From assembly GCA_030390025.1 (NCBI GenBank), contig CM059432.1, positions 45,138,001 through 45,202,000 of the forward strand: a stretch of DNA of 64,000 nt, given 5' to 3'. Source of the stretch: Squalus acanthias (taxonomy: Eukaryota). Both the position numbers and the translations under genes were made by a program. Within the stretch, counting starts at the first letter, position 1; each line of letters opens with the position of its first letter. The notes beneath the pieces were generated by a model. The model saw only the letters and a list, made by a program, of their open reading frames with translations. It was not told where the DNA came from and did not search any database. Of the stretch, positions 12,136 through 25,916 are shown in pieces.

Positions 12136-12558
12136 AAGATTAGTTCAGTGGTAGCACACTTACCTTTGAGTCTTACAGTTGTGGATTCAAGCTGCACTAA
12201 TTAACATGAGCAAATAAACCAGACTGACATTTCAGTACAGTATAGAGGGCCTGCTGCATTGTCAGAAGTGCTGTCATTTGAATGAGACGTTAAACCAAGG
12301 CCATGTCTGCATATTCAGATGAATGTAAAATATCCTATGAAGCTATTTAAAGAAGATATGGGGATTTCTCCTGACGTCCTGGCCAACATTTGTCCCTCAA
12401 CCAAGACAAAAAACACATTAATTGGTCATTTAACTCATGTGCTGGTTATAGGACTTTCGTGTGCGCAAATTGGCTACTTGTTTGGCTACATGACAATAGT
12501 GAAGCACCTTGGGACATCCTAAGGATTAAAAACACTTTTCAATGCAAGTTCTTTCTTC
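12136..12558 (+). mobile_element. tRNA-derived DeuSINE (SacSINE1/AmnSINE1-like), degenerate
   Basis: A/B-box-like head, GAGACGTTAAACC, Deu-like GTCCTGGCCAACATTT..TGTGCGCAAATTGGCT, AATGCAAGTTCTTTCTT tail. Confidence 0.7.
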
Positions 12559-12559
12559 C

Positions 12560-12830
12560 ATAGGAACACAAGAATTGCTAGACAGAAAAAAATGACCAAT
12601 GTCCATCTAGTTCGCCATCCACCATACTGGTAATCGCATGAAAACAACGATAATGGAATTGTTGACTAATCATAGCAATCAATCTCTATCAATTAGTCTA
12701 CAACAGACCCAGAAATGACATGAGTAAAATCCCAGTGGTGGAGAGCTTTGGGAGCCATAGGTCCAAAGTTACCTTTTTCCACCTAAGCATGCTACACTTA
12801 CCACATGTCGTGTCTCAACTTACTCATATA
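12560..12830 (-). mobile_element. Probable 3' UTR of another CR1 family
   Basis: CATAGGAACA tail followed by GACC..GTCCATCTAGTTCGCC stem-loop-type motif. Confidence 0.4.
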
Positions 12831-13131
12831 CGCATATACATTCTTTATATTTAAATCCTCGGGGACTAATTTTCCTCTGCTGAGTGCCACAACTGCAGCT
12901 ATTTTTGGGGAAGCCAGCAGATTAAAAATTGGTGGAGACCCATTACGCCAGGTTTCTTCCCCCTCTGCATTGCTCCAGCAGTTTGAGATGTTCTGAGGAC
13001 ATGAAAGGCATTATATAATAAATGTAATTTCTGGGTTCATTATAATATTTTAGGTGAGCTCCAGGTGTCAAAAATGTCTCTGATTGGACGATTCTCTGTT
13101 GGGTAAGGGGCGGGGGGAACGCGCTGCTGCA

Positions 13132-14216
13132 GGATAAGAACATAAGAACGTAAGAATTAAGAGCAGGAGATGGCCATACAACTTCTCGAGCCTGCTCCAC
13201 CATTCAATAAGATCATGGCTGATCTTCGACCTCAACTCCACTTTCCCATCCGATCCCCAAATCCCTTGATTCCCCATTCAGTCTGTCTTTTTGAAACGTC
13301 AAGTACCCTGGAATATTTAGTTCCCAACCTTGATCACCTTGCAACCACGTCTCTGTAACGACTATTAGATCATAACCATTTAACTCTATTTGTGTCACTA
13401 ATTCATCTATCTTGTTACGAGCCTTCAGTTTTAACTTTTTACCATTATTCCCTGCTTTTACCTTATTTGCTGATGCACTATTACCTTTAAACTCTCTGTC
13501 CCTTCCTGTAACCCACTGCTTATCATTACCCAATTCACTACGCTGCTCCATTGCCTTGACTTTTCTCTTTAAATTACTAAATTTCCCCTCACCTGCCTCC
13601 TTCCCCCCCACGCTTTTTAGTTTAAAGCCTTATCTATAGCCCGAGTTATTCGATTCGCCAGGATACTGGTCCCAGCCCGGTTTAAGTAGAACCCGTGCCA
13701 ACGGAACAGCGCCCTCTTTCCCCAGTACTGGTGCCAGTGCCCCATGAACTGAAACCCCTTCCTCCCACACCACTCTTTGAGCCACGCATTTAACTCTCTG
13801 ATCTGCTTGACCCTATGCCAATTTGCACGTGGCTCAGGTAGTAATCCAGAGATTATTACCTTCAAGTTTCTGCTTATTAATTTAGACCCTAGCTCCTCAA
13901 ACTCCCTCAGCAGAACTTCATTCTTAGTTCTACCTATGTCATTGGTTCCTATGTGGCCCACAGCAACTGGATCCTCCGCTTCCCACTCCAAGTTCTTCTC
14001 CAGCCGTGAGGAGATATCCTTAACCCTGGTATCGGGCAGGCAACACAGCCTTTGGGACTCCCGGTCGCGGCTGCAGAGAACAATATCTATCCCCCTGACT
14101 ATACTGAACCTACCATTACGACATTCCTTTTTACTCCCCCCACTTGAATGGTCTCCTGTACAATGCTGTCGTCAGTTTGCCCATCCTCCCTGCAGTCCTT
14201 GTTCTCATCCATACAG
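13132..14216 (-). mobile_element. CR1 fragment: ORF1 SGNH-esterase domain and ORF2 start, joined to a CR1 3' tail
   Basis: ORF 13617..13991 HIGTNDI..KVIISGLLP..ELNAWLKEWC; ORF 13213..13611 DLIVVTETWL; 3' tail 13132-13275. Confidence 0.88.
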
Positions 14217-14929
14217 GTAACAAATACAAGGTCGATGGTTGATTTAAGGATCTACAGCAGCTGAATGAGATAGTTATGCAGGGAGGTTTCAGTCTTACAG
14301 TTGTAAGTGTGGTAATAATGTGTTAACTTTACATAGCACAGTGTATAGTGTCTTTACGATTGTATTGTACATACAAAATATATTTCAGTTACATAACAGG
14401 TTGGTGAAATTAGAAGTGGTCTATTTAACAGTTTGGTTGAAATGCTGACTCAGCACTTGAAATGGCAACTTGCCATTTTCTGTTCATGAAGTTAACATAA
14501 AAGGCTATGTTTGTCTATGTTTGGATCATAACAATATTAAATGGACCTTTAGCTATGCCATAATTTTTTAAAATTAATTTAAATAATAAGGAAACCTGTC
14601 CCTGATCAGACAAGTATTTTATTATCCCATGAGATATAAAATGGAAATGAGTTGGAAAACCACGGACACACTAAGCAGCCAATCTGGCAAAGCAGACATT
14701 GTAATCTTGGTGTTTGAAAGCATTGAAAGATGCATTTGCATATAAATTATAAAGCAATGTTTCTGCTGCTCAGCATAGATATGCCAGCATTCATAAGGTT
14801 ATATTTTTATACTTACAAGTGAAGTTTTCAATTGGGTAGTGTCAAGATTGGTCCAGCACAACTAAAAGTATAGGGGCCAAAAATCCACAGGACTGATAAC
14901 CTGGTGTAAGTGGTGGGATGTGCCCATCT

Positions 14930-15320
14930 ATGAGCTCTGGCATAATCTTAAAATCAGAGCCAGGCCATTCAGGAGCGAAAATAGGAAGCACGTCCTCACA
15001 GAAAGTTCAGTGGAAATCTGGAACTCTGTCCCCCAAAAAGCCTGTTTCATTTCAATGAATGATACTTGGCAGGTTTGCTTTTTTCATTGTATACTTTTGT
15101 TGTGTTCTGCTAAATCTGTTTAATCCAATGCTGTGTCGTGGTTGCTGTGTCAATTGAAGCTTTCAAGACTGAGATCAATAGATTTTTGTTAGACAAGAGT
15201 AGCAAGGGATATAGATCAAAGGCAGGTAAATCGGGTTGAGGTATAGATTAGCCATTATCTAATTGAATTGATGGGCTGAGTGGCCCACTCCTGTTCCTAA
15301 GTTCCTATGTATGTTCCTAT
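14930..15320 (+). mobile_element. CR1 3' end fragment
   Basis: HNLKIRARPFRSENRK..EIWNS; tail CCTGTTCCTAAGTTCCTATGTATGTTCC. Confidence 0.75.
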
Positions 15321-15859
15321 GACCCTGCCAGAGTATGTGCTGTCAGGGGAGGTCACATTATTTAAACATGCCCAGCCATCCAACCATCTGGGGCATGCAC
15401 AAAGCCTAGTTAAAAGGTTTAAATGAAGAAGCTGGAAAGTAGTATCACCTGGTTTTATCTTTTTAAAGAACTGCTGCATAAGATACTGACATTGAGGTCC
15501 TGATTGACAACAGTATTGAAAGAACCAGAGAACCATACTGGTTTACATAACAAAAAGAGGCCATTCATTTAATTGTGTCTGTGCCGGCTCTTTGCAAGAG
15601 CAATTCAAAACGAATTGCATGCTCCGCACTCTTCCCCATAGCCCTAGATCTTCCTCTGCTTCAAATATAGATACAATTTTCACTTAAAAGATGCAGTGTG
15701 TCCTGCCTCAATCACTCCTTCTGGCAAAGCATTCCATGCTCCAACAATTCTCTGTAAAGAAATTTCCCCTAACCTCTCTCCTCACTCTCTTTGTGACAAT
15801 TTTAAATTGGTGACATCTCGTCACTGACTCACCATCCAGAAGAAATTGTCTTTTCCTAT

Positions 15860-18152
15860 GGGCACGATTTTCCCATTGGATGCAGGTTGGAGGCGGGTTT
15901 TGGTTTGGGTGGGTTCCACACCCGCCTCCACTGAGAGGTGGGAAAAATTTGCGATTTTCCCCTAATTGGCCAGTTGCTTTCAGAGGTGTGGGTTCCCCTG
16001 GGCCAATTAGTCTTTTGGGACTGAAACTCGCCTCTGCTGACGTCACTTATCCAGCTTCATTTAAGGGCTGCTTGCTGCCTTGGCTCATTCCACTGGTTTT
16101 TGGTCGATGGTGCACCACCTCCAAACTTTTATCTCCTTGGAGAATGGCCAGCTCCAAGGCAAGGGCCTCCCCGAGGTTCTCGGATGAGGCGCTGGGTATG
16201 CTGGTTGAGGGGGCGAGAGCTAGCAGGGAGGTGCTCTTCCCCTCATCTGGGAGGAAGAGGCCTCCCAAAGAAACCAAGGCTGTGTGGGTCCAGCTGGCAA
16301 GGGATATAACCTCCAAATCTGTGTGCAGATTGGGTGATTGATTCTGTTGGCGTGATGGCATCTGTTATTTCGGCTTCGGCAGCTCCACATTGCGGGCTCC
16401 GCGACACTTGCATGGTCAGGTTGGTGGTCAGAGTGAAAGGAGGCCAGAGAGTGCTTGCGTGCTGCCGCTGCTGCTGGTCGATATGCCGCCGCTCGGTCCT
16501 CCTCCTCCTCCTCCTCCTCCACCTCATCTGAGGAGGCTATGAACTGAGCCACTTGCTCATCAGGAAGCTGCAAGCCATGACGCTGTGCCATGTTGTGCAG
16601 TGCACAGCAGACCACGTCCATTCTGGAGACCCTGGCTGCTGAATACTGCAGGGCTCCACCTGATCTGTCAAGGCATCGGAATCGCATCTTCAGCAAGCCA
16701 ATGGTTTGCTCGATGATGGACCTGGTCAAATGTGGCTGGCATTGTAGCGCTCCTCAGCCTCGTTAGCTGGCCTCCTGATCGGCGTCATTCGCCACTTCTT
16801 CAGGGGGTAGCCCTTGTCACCAAGGAGCCATCCGTTAAGTTGGTTTGGCGGATTGAAGAGCGGAGGAACACTAGAGTTCCGCAGGATGAAAGAGTCATGG
16901 CAACTACCACTGAACTTGGCGCAAACATGCAAAATCTCCTTCTTGTGGTTACACACCAGCTGTACGTTGAGGGAGTGGAAGCCCTTGCGGTTGACAAAGA
17001 TAGCTGAGTTGTGATGGGGTGCCCTAAGGGCCACGTGTGCAGTCTATGACGCCCTGCACCCTTGGCAAGCCTCCCATATTTGCAAAACCAACTGAACACG
17101 TGGTTACACTTGCTTGATCCATTGAGAAGTGGATGTAATTGTGCACCTTTGCGAAAAGGGCATCGGTAACCTGTGTGATGCAACTGTGGGTGGCCGACTG
17201 GGAGATGCCGCTGATGTCTGCTGATGATCCCTGGAAGAAGCCTAAGGCAAAAAAGTTGAGTGTGGTGGTGACTTTGACAGCCACTGGTAAGGGATGTCCA
17301 CCCGCTCCTCTGGGCTCCAGGTGTTGGTGCAGCAGTGCGCAGATGTCTCTGACAACCTGTCGTGAAAGTCTCAGCCTCCTTTGGCACTGCTGCTCTGTCA
17401 TGATGAGGTAGCTCATCCTCTGTCTGTAAATCCTGAGAGGGGGTTATCTCCTGCAGCGACGTGTTTCCAAGCACTGGCGCCTTCTGCCCTGTGCAGCATC
17501 AGGTGGGTGAGCAGGAGGTTGGTGCTCCTGCTGCTGTTGCTGCTGAGCTGCCTGGTTCTGCTGCTGCCGTGGCTGCTCCTGATCCGAATCTGAGGTCCAT
17601 GGTGAAAGGAAATAAATGGTTCCCATGCTGCTGGCAGATACCTCCGTTGGGGAAGCGCTCAGTCCAAGCGGGGAGAGGGTCTTCCAAGGAGGTCCCACAT
17701 TTGAGAGATAGAAGCTGCAGCACCTCCGACTTCAGTAGGCCTGCTAAAAGTGCTGAAAGACCTGTGGAACAAAAGTTCTGCCACCTGCAACTGCTCCCTG
17801 ATGAAAGCTTCATTTTAATGGTGGAGCTGCAGCTGTGAGGAGGCCACCCACTTGTCAACCCGCCAGGATTAGCTGGCGTGGTTTAGGAGGGTCGTGCAAC
17901 ATGCACAAAATGTGGCAAAATAACAAAGGCCTGTCAAAATAGGATTATAGAGGCCCTTAACTACTATTTAAGGGTCTTAACTACCTCTCCTGACTGATGG
18001 AGGCGGGACCGAATCGCATCCATCAAACCCGCCTCTGGCAAAATTGCGTGGAGGCGGTTGGAGGCGGGTTCCAAACCCGCCCTCACTTTTTGCGATTTTG
18101 CCAACTGTCCCGCCTCCAAACCCGCATCCTCGGGGCTGGAAAAATCGCCCCC
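15860..18152. mobile_element. Harbinger with near-full frameshifted transposase (-) and truncated Myb gene (+)
   Basis: TIRs GGGCACGATTTT / AAAATCGCCCCC. Myb exon 1 start MASSKARASPRFSDEAL at 16143. Flanks TAT/AGA do not match. Confidence 0.88.
16440..17627 (-). pseudogene. Harbinger DDE transposase, frameshifted
   Basis: MGTIYFLSPW..poly[61 protein letters not shown]; poly-E tail. Confidence 0.9.
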
Positions 18153-18394
18153 AGAGTATCAAAAACATTCATAATTTTAAAAAATCTCCTTTTAGCCCTC
18201 TCTGCCCCAGTGGAAATAGTCCCAGTATCTCAGGTCTCTCCTCATAATTTATAGTTTCCACATCCTTGGCATCATCCTGGTGAATTTACACTGTAGCCTC
18301 TCTATGTATTTTATGATCTTTCTATAATGGGGTAACCAAAATTGCACACAATACTCTAACTGTGGACTAATCAACGTGTGCAAAATGTATCATT

Positions 18395-19221
18395 GAGCGT
18401 GATCTTGCCAGCCCTGGGAGGCAGGTATGGAGGCAGGACTGTCGGGAAAATGGCAGAATTTGGGGGCGGGTGCCCAACCCACCTCCATGCCATCTTGCCA
18501 GGAGGGGGGTAGCCGTCCTGCGCCGGGTCCCGTCTCCTTGGAGGCGGGAAGGGATTAAAGCCACTTAACTGCCTGTTAACAGGTAGTTAACAGGCAGAAA
18601 ATAGGATTATTCCCTTTATTCCCTCACAAGTGCGGGCTTCCCAAAGGCTCCAAAACCCGCCAGGTCAGCAAGGCGAGTAGTGGGTCTGCGGGGGTCTGCG
18701 GGGTCTAAAAGTGTGGTGTGAAGGTAAGTGATGGGTGCAAGAGTGGAGAGGTGAGTATCTGAGGTAAGTGCAAAGTGTTAGAAAAAGTGTACTTACCTTT
18801 GTTTCTTCCTGCAGGCTTCAATCGGTGGGTATGCGGAGAGTCTCGCACCTCCGCGGTAGAGATGACAGATGGCCGTTGCATTCTCCAATGCAACAACCAT
18901 CTAATTTCTGCAAAAGAAAGAGGTTTGATGAGGTCTTGAATTCAAGATCTCATCAAACTACAGAGAATGTCACTGTTTGACAGCTTCACAGAGCTGTCAA
19001 ACGATGACAATTCATCTATCAAAAATTTCTGACACATGAAATTTTTGACGTTCTCTGCAACCGGCTTTCCCTTAATTGGCCTGCTAAACCCGCTGGGTGG
19101 GCTTAACAAGGTCAATCAAGGGAAAATAGCGTGGGTTGGCCAGAAGTTGATGGAGGCAGGACTGAAACCCGACAAGCGGGAGTCCCGCCTCCAAAAGCTC
19201 CCCATTGGCAAAATCACCCCC
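18395..19221. mobile_element. Non-autonomous Harbinger, same family as 25051-25858, inverted
   Basis: TIRs GAGCGTGATCTTGCCA / TGGCAAAATCACCCCC; TSD ATT. Confidence 0.88.
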
Positions 19222-20479
19222 ATTATCTATCTATTCTTATACTCTATGCCCCTATTATAAAAGCTAAAATATTGTTGGCCTTTTTTGAGGTTTTATCAAT
19301 CTGCGCTCGCACTTTCAGGGGATTATGTATTTGAACCCGTAGGTCTCTCTGTTTATTCATACTCCTATTCCTTGCTTTTCCTCCCAAATTGTATTACCTT
19401 ATACTTCTCCTTAATAAATTGCATCTTCCACTAATCTGCCCATTCTACTAAGCTATCTATATCTTCCTGAAGTCTTCGACTGTCCTCCTCATTGTTTGCC
19501 CATCCTCCTACTTCCGTGTCATCAGCAGATTCTGAGATCATGCTCCCTATACCCAAGTCCAAATCATGTATATACATATATGCCCCACCACTTAAATTTC
19601 CATTTAAATTGGGCAATTGTTTAAATCAGGCAAATAGCGCAAACCATTTGCCATTAGCAATATTATCAATTATAAAGTTGCCACATACAGCATGTTAAGC
19701 GGCCAGCTATTTTGGGCAGAAACAGGTATCCAGTGAGCAGTTCGCACCTTGTTAAAGTGAAATTACCTATTATACCTCAGTTATGGAGCCACATGGAAAA
19801 TTCAGTTGAAGAGATTGAGACGAGGTTGGATGACCTCTGCGGACAGCATCAGTGTGGAAGCACAAGTGAGGAGTTCATGGTTCTTTGCCATGTCCTGTCA
19901 GTGTGAGAATCGCACAGAACATTACCCAATAACTATAGTGTACATTGCACCAGAGAAAAGTATGAGCAGGTCAGAATTATAGAGCATTAAGTTCCATCAG
20001 CGCCTCCCAGGTTCCCGATTTGTACAGGATCAACCAATTAGTGCACAGCAAGGTCCCACAAACAGCAATGAGGTAAATGACCAGAATTTAAAAAAAACAG
20101 AAGGGTTTTCTAAGATTAGAGCTAAAGTGCATTGTTGGTGAAGAATAGAGGGAGCGTTATTCTGCAGCTGATTGTGCTGAACCTGGCCTACTTCTGTTTA
20201 ATGCTGACACTTAAGGTGTTTCAAACCTCAGCACTAACATCTCTCACCTTGATGAGCACAAAAATTAAATTAAAAAAACTAATAAAATCTAGCTTTTTAT
20301 CATAATTGACACTTAGCTACAATTACTATGAAATTCAAACAGATTCGTAGAAGAGACTGCATAAAGTAAACCATAGAGGCATGAAGAAAATATCTTTCTT
20401 TTTGTTCTCACCAATTGTAAAGATTGAGGCCACATAGTTACATCAGTTCTCAAACTGAACAAAGGGGACAAGCTGCTCG

Positions 20480-22023
20480 CAGAGGGAAGAGAAAGAAGCA
20501 GAAGAGGAGGAAGCAGAAGAGGAGGAAGTGGAAGGAAGGAGGCAACTCAGACAGCCCCTTTCGAATCATCCTCCTGCGGTATGAGTGAAGGGAACCCCAA
20601 TTCCCCATTCAACATCAGTCCCACACCTTACCTTCCCTCTGTTACTAACCATCACAGCGTCCTCTCGGCCACAATGCTGAAATAAAAGCCACCACAAAGC
20701 AAACTTTCCAATCCAACTTTATCCATATATGCATCCAATATCACATCAAAAAATCAACGCATCATCCTTGTGCATTCCCTTAGTGACTGTCTTGCGTCTG
20801 CCTTTGACTATCCTAGTGATGTTACGCAGTGCTACCCTAGTGGCTGCAGCATGGCTGGTGGGAGGCTGCTGACTTTCAGTGGGGGAGACGGCAAATGTTC
20901 TTGCAGGACGACCTTGAAGAGCTGATGGCTGAGAGTGTGAAATCGAGTGATGGTGCTTCTTCTTTTTCACTCTCCTCTCCCTCTTCTTGGTCAATCACTG
21001 GTGGGGCAGGCTGGATTTCTTGGGTGTCTAAAATGAGGAAGGCACAAGGTAGAGTTGTGGTGAGGGGAGGGCGGGAAAGCAAGAGATGCATGCTTACACC
21101 ATGTGCAGCTTGTACATCAGAAGAGATTGTGGGATGAGGGGAAAGTGGGATGTGAGAAGGAGGATAACATATGAGGATACCAGCATCTTGAATTCTTTCA
21201 GCCCCACCGCTGACCAAGGGCTCAGCCATTCCCCTGCCAAGCATGGCCAGCACTGTCTCCTCCAAGGGGGTGAGGTGAAGCTAGGAATGGGAGGTGTGCT
21301 TCGTGGTTGGTAGAGATTGTTGGTAGGTGAGTGGAGTGATGGGGGAGTCATGCATTGAGCAGTGTGTGAGGCTAGTGGTGCAGTTGGTAGGAGACAGCTT
21401 TTGAATATGCATTCACTGACCTTGACCACTCGTCTGAGGTCATGAAACTTCTTTGGGCACTGGAACCAGGTCCTGAGGGCAACACTGCTGGCAGTGATGG
21501 CCTCGGCAATCTGGTCGCCCATCCTTCTTTCTGGAGGGCCTCCTGGCCCCCTGTGGATAGGTGACCTCTCTTCCAGTGTTTACCCCCTGCACAAAGCTGG
21601 AGTACTGTGTCTGAGTCCCTGGGTGCCCTTTCCCTGACCTGTTGAGCCATTTGTGTTAGTGCTGAAGCACTTTTAGCATTTTCTATGTGTAGGAGGCAGT
21701 TCAGTTTTAAGAGTTGCAGACTGCCTAGTTCTGAAGGATTTTTTTTTCAGAAGGCAGTTCAGCTTTAAGGACTAGAGACTACCTTGAAAAGGAACAGGCT
21801 AGCTTTAAGTAAAGGAAGCCTCGCTCCAGCAACTTGAACTTGGGCCCCCTACTGAGCGCACAGCCTGTCAGCAATACGTTAGTCGCTAGGCTGTGCGCTC
21901 CTAACATGTAAAGTAGCAGACAGCACCAAATTGACGTACTGCCTGCGCTTTCTGAATGGGCACGGGCATATCTCGCATCGTGGTGCCCGTGTCTGTTGTC
22001 AGGCCTTATCGAATTTCACCCCC
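20480..22023 (-). mobile_element. Second Myb-bearing Harbinger family, truncated: acidic transposase tail (+), degenerate spliced Myb gene (-), right TIR
   Basis: MAQQVRERAPR..; TWFQCPKKFHDLRRVVK|GTCAGT; terminus CGAATTTCACCCCC; sister copy at 50575-51870. Confidence 0.75.
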
Positions 22024-22239
22024 TTAGATTTTTCAATTAATTGCATTTGTATCTCGAAGGATTAGGAGCAAAAGATTTACGTTTTGCCTTACCTACCATT
22101 TCTATCAAATAAAGCATTACAAAAGTAGATTTCTTTCTGTGAACATCTTCTAGGCTCTAGATTATGACATGGATCCCCAGTGCTTCGTCTAGATTGATGT
22201 GAGGATGATCCAAAGTCGATTACATTCTCCCGCCACTCA

Positions 22240-22960
22240 TATGGTAGAGGAGTATAATCAAATTCATAAAGATTGAGATGTGCTATGGAAGTGGGCCACA
22301 CATTGGCAAATGGTATTTAAGTTAGATAAATGTAGTACCATGCATGTTGGTAGACTTATCATTTGCAGGGAACATTACTGAAAGTGGTTGAGAGAAAAAC
22401 AGATCTTGGTGTTACTGTGCACAGATCACGAAAGGTTCATGACCAATGTAGAGAAACTGTAGCTAAAGCTAACAAGGTATTAGGTTGTACTAATTGAACC
22501 ATTCAGTATAAGTCGAATGACACTATTTTGACAGTATACAGGTTGCTGGTCAGACCGCATCTAGTGTACTGTGCCCAGTTTTGATCCCCCACATGTTATA
22601 GTGGCCTTGGTAAAGGTCCAGCGGAGACCTACGAGAATGATTCCTAGCTTAAAGACCTCAGCTACTCAGATAGGCTCAAGGACCTTGGTCTATTTACTTT
22701 AGAGCAGAGTAGACTAAGAGGTGACCTGATAGAGGTCTATAAAATAATTAAGGGCTGGATAGTGCCCCTATTGATAGATTATTCCAGTTTAATAGATTGG
22801 AGAGGACCAGATGTCACAAGTTTAAACTATGTAAGAGTAGGAATAGACTGCATGTGAGGTGGTTCTTCTTTTCCCAGAGAATTATGAGCCTCTGGAATAC
22901 ATTGCCAGCTGTTGATTCTCTGCATAGCTTCCTGACTAGGACAGAGATTGCATCATATAG
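22240..22960 (+). mobile_element. Degenerate CR1 ORF2 3' fragment
   Basis: [48 protein letters not shown]. Confidence 0.8.
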
Positions 22961-22969
22961 AAGGGAGTG

Positions 22970-23611
22970 TCTTCTGTCAAGACTTCTTGAAAGAAGAAAT
23001 GTCAGCATTTGACAGCTCTGTGAAGCTGTCAAACATTGACATTCTGTGTAGTTTGATGAGATTCATCAAACCTTTCTACTTTGTAGAAATCAGATGACTG
23101 TTGGTTCGGAGGATCCAACAGCAATCTGTGAAATCTACAATGAAGATGTTGGGACACCGGAACCACCGCGGCTGAAGGCTGTAGGCAGAAACAAAAGTAA
23201 GTGAACATTTTATAACACTTAACACTCACCTCACATACTTACCACTCCACACTTGCACCCATCACTCACCTCTACATTGCACTTTCAGACCCGTCCGACT
23301 TCCACAGACCTCCTGCTCGACTCCTCCACCCCGGCAGAGTTCTCTGAGGTCGGGAAGCCTGCACTTGAAAAGGTAAAATGGGAGTCATCCTTTTTTCTGC
23401 CTGTTAACTACCTGTTAACAGGCAGTTAAAAGGATTTAATCCCTTTCCCGCCTCCAGGAGACAGGACCCGGGGCAGGACGGCTTTCCGCCTCCTGGCAAG
23501 AGGGCACGGAGGCGGGATGGGGGCGGGTTTGCCAGCCGCCCCCACATTCTGCAACTTTACTGGCAGTCCCGCCTCCATACCCGCCTCCTCGCGGCTGGCA
23601 AAATCCAGCCC
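22970..23611. mobile_element. Left-truncated non-autonomous Harbinger (4219-5062 family)
   Basis: Collinear with ~4410-5062; right TIR CAAAATCCAGCCC followed by TAA. Confidence 0.85.
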
Positions 23612-24587
23612 TAAGAGATGCATGACCGCAAATGTAGTTCCCAACAGTGAATCCTGTGGTGTCCGCTCATTTATTAAAGGGGTTATGAAAAATATTTGTA
23701 TAAGTATCTAATCTGGGACCAGCTCCGGTAGAGCCTCATCATTAGGTTTAGTTATTCTTCTTTGCCTAATGGGGCCCGTTGATTATCTGAGCCTATCCAT
23801 CTGAAATCCAACTGTGAGTCTTGTCATCTAATACAGTCTGAATCCACCACCACAGGTCACGAATGTATTGCGATCATGTTTGGTTTTCAGTCTAGGCAGA
23901 TGGAATTATATTATTGACCTGTATCAATAAATGGAATAACATTTAATTACCAAGAGCTGCATCAACGGAAGTAGATGTGAATTTTACTGCGAGTTTTGTT
24001 TTTTGCGGACGTTGAACAACAACTACTGTTTAGATTCAGTTGTTGAGTCGAGTATTGATAGGAAATGGATGTGTTTTTGTTGAGGGGTAATACTATTTAC
24101 TGACCCACAAACACTGTAGACCTCCCAGAAATCTGCCAGAAAATACAACCCCCACACTCCCTAACCCCCACTTCCTGCCCCCACTCCCCGCCCCCCACCA
24201 CTGATGGGCAAAAAATGAAAGTATAGAAGACAACAGTTGTAAAGGTGGCATTTGAAGTTCTGACGTCCATCCACATAAGTCCTGCCAGACTCCACGTGGC
24301 CGTTAACGCTGCTGGGAGACCTTTTAGCGGCTACACTCACTGGCGTGATTTAGTGCAGGCAGCAATGCGAGCGGAGAACTCCAAAATGTACGAGCTGGCG
24401 TCAACTCGGCATTACACGCCGATTGACATCATGCTCCAACTCATTAAAATACTCTCGGCGATAGCAGGCAATGGCAGCACTGCCAACCTGCTGAAAATGG
24501 CAGCCACCGTGGGACTCGCCACCAGCTAGTGGAAGACAGCCAGCCGCCGTTATTTCACCATTTCATAGTGGTAATGTGTGGCACAAA

Positions 24588-24820
24588 CTGAAAGTTAACA
24601 TGCAGGTACAGCAAGCAATTAGGAAAGCAAATGGTATGTTGGCCTTTATTACAAGAGGATTTGAGTATAAGAGTAAAGACGTCTTACTGCAATTATATAG
24701 GGCCCTGGTGAGACCACACCTGGAGTATTGTGTACAGTTTTGGTCTCCTTACCTAAGGAAGGATATACTTGCCATAGAGGGAGTGCAACGAAGGTTCACC
24801 AGACTGATTACTGGGATGGG
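24588..24820 (+). mobile_element. CR1 ORF2 fragment
   Basis: QVQQAIRKANGMLAFI..LYRALVRPHLEYCVQFWSP. Confidence 0.9.
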
Positions 24821-25050
24821 GCCTCCATCGACCCCATCTTTTGTTTCTTTACTTGGCCCATTACAACCCCCTTTGCCTTGCATCATCATCCCTTTTGTCA
24901 TTTAATCACTCCTGCCTTTCACCCTATCACAGACCTTCCCTTTTATGCTATCCTCCCCTCCCCCAATTTCCTTGCCTCTGTACTTTCTTAAAACCTGTTA
25001 CAGCTGTAACATTTTCCAGTTCTGACGAAATGTCACCGACCAGAAACATT

Positions 25051-25858
25051 GGGGGTGATTTTGCCAATGGGGACGTGATGGAGGCGGGACTGCTGCTTGT
25101 CGGGTTTTAGTCCCGCCTCCATTGACGTCCAGCCAACCCATGCTATTTTCCCTTGATTGACCTTGTTAAGCCCGCCCAGCGAGCTTAGCAGGCCAATTAA
25201 GGGAAAGCCGGTTACTGGTGCCGTGAGCGAGTGACATTTCAAGATTTTTTGACAGATGAATTGTGAAGCTGTCAAACACTGTCAATCTGTCTTCTAAGTT
25301 GAGTCTTTTACTCAAGACTCAATTAGAAAGCCTTCCTGAGCAGAAAGCAGAAGGCTGATGCATTTAAGAATGCAGCGGTCATTCTGCTTTCTGTGCCGGT
25401 GAGATGAGGGACTCCCAAGATCTGAAGGGATGAGGCCTGGAGGAAGAAGCAAAGGTAAGTAAAGCTTTTAAAACACTTAAGACTCACCTCACATACTTAC
25501 CTCTGCCTACATGCACCCATCACTCACCTGCACACCGGACATCTCAGCCCCTCCAACCCCCGCAGACCCACGGCTCGCCTCGCTGACCCTGGCGAGGTTC
25601 GGAGCCGTTGGGAAGCCCACACTTTAGGTGGCAAAATAGGGATTATCCAAAAAACTGCCTATTAACAGGCAGTTAATTAGCACTAAACCCCTTCCCGCCT
25701 TTAGGAGGCAGCTCCCAGCGTGGGTTGAGTGCCCGCCTCCTGGGAAGATAGCATGGAGGCGGGTTGGGGGCAGGATGGGTACCCACCCCCAGATTCTGCC
25801 ATTTTCCCGGCAGTCCCGCCTCCACACCTGCCTCCCCAGGGCTGTCAAAATCGCCCCC
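25051..25858. mobile_element. Non-autonomous Harbinger (808 bp)
   Basis: TIRs GGGGGTGATTTTG / CAAAATCGCCCCC; TSD ATT. Confidence 0.9.
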
Positions 25859-25916
25859 ATTAACTCTGTTTCTCTCTCCACAGATGCTGCCTGACCTTCT
25901 GAGTATTTACAACATT

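Larger units (their letters stand above)
15545..19575 (-). mobile_element. Old CR1 3' region interrupted by two Harbinger insertions (pieces 15545-15859, 18153-18391, 19222-19575)
   Basis: CR1 homology resumes collinearly across both insertions; YIHDLD..ADDTEVGG at 19431..19616. Confidence 0.75.

Noticed and set aside
12136..12200. tRNA gene
   Set aside because: Degenerate A/B boxes continue into a SINE body; no cloverleaf.
13617..13991. Stand-alone SGNH esterase gene
   Set aside because: Known CR1 ORF1 domain, directly upstream of CR1 ORF2.
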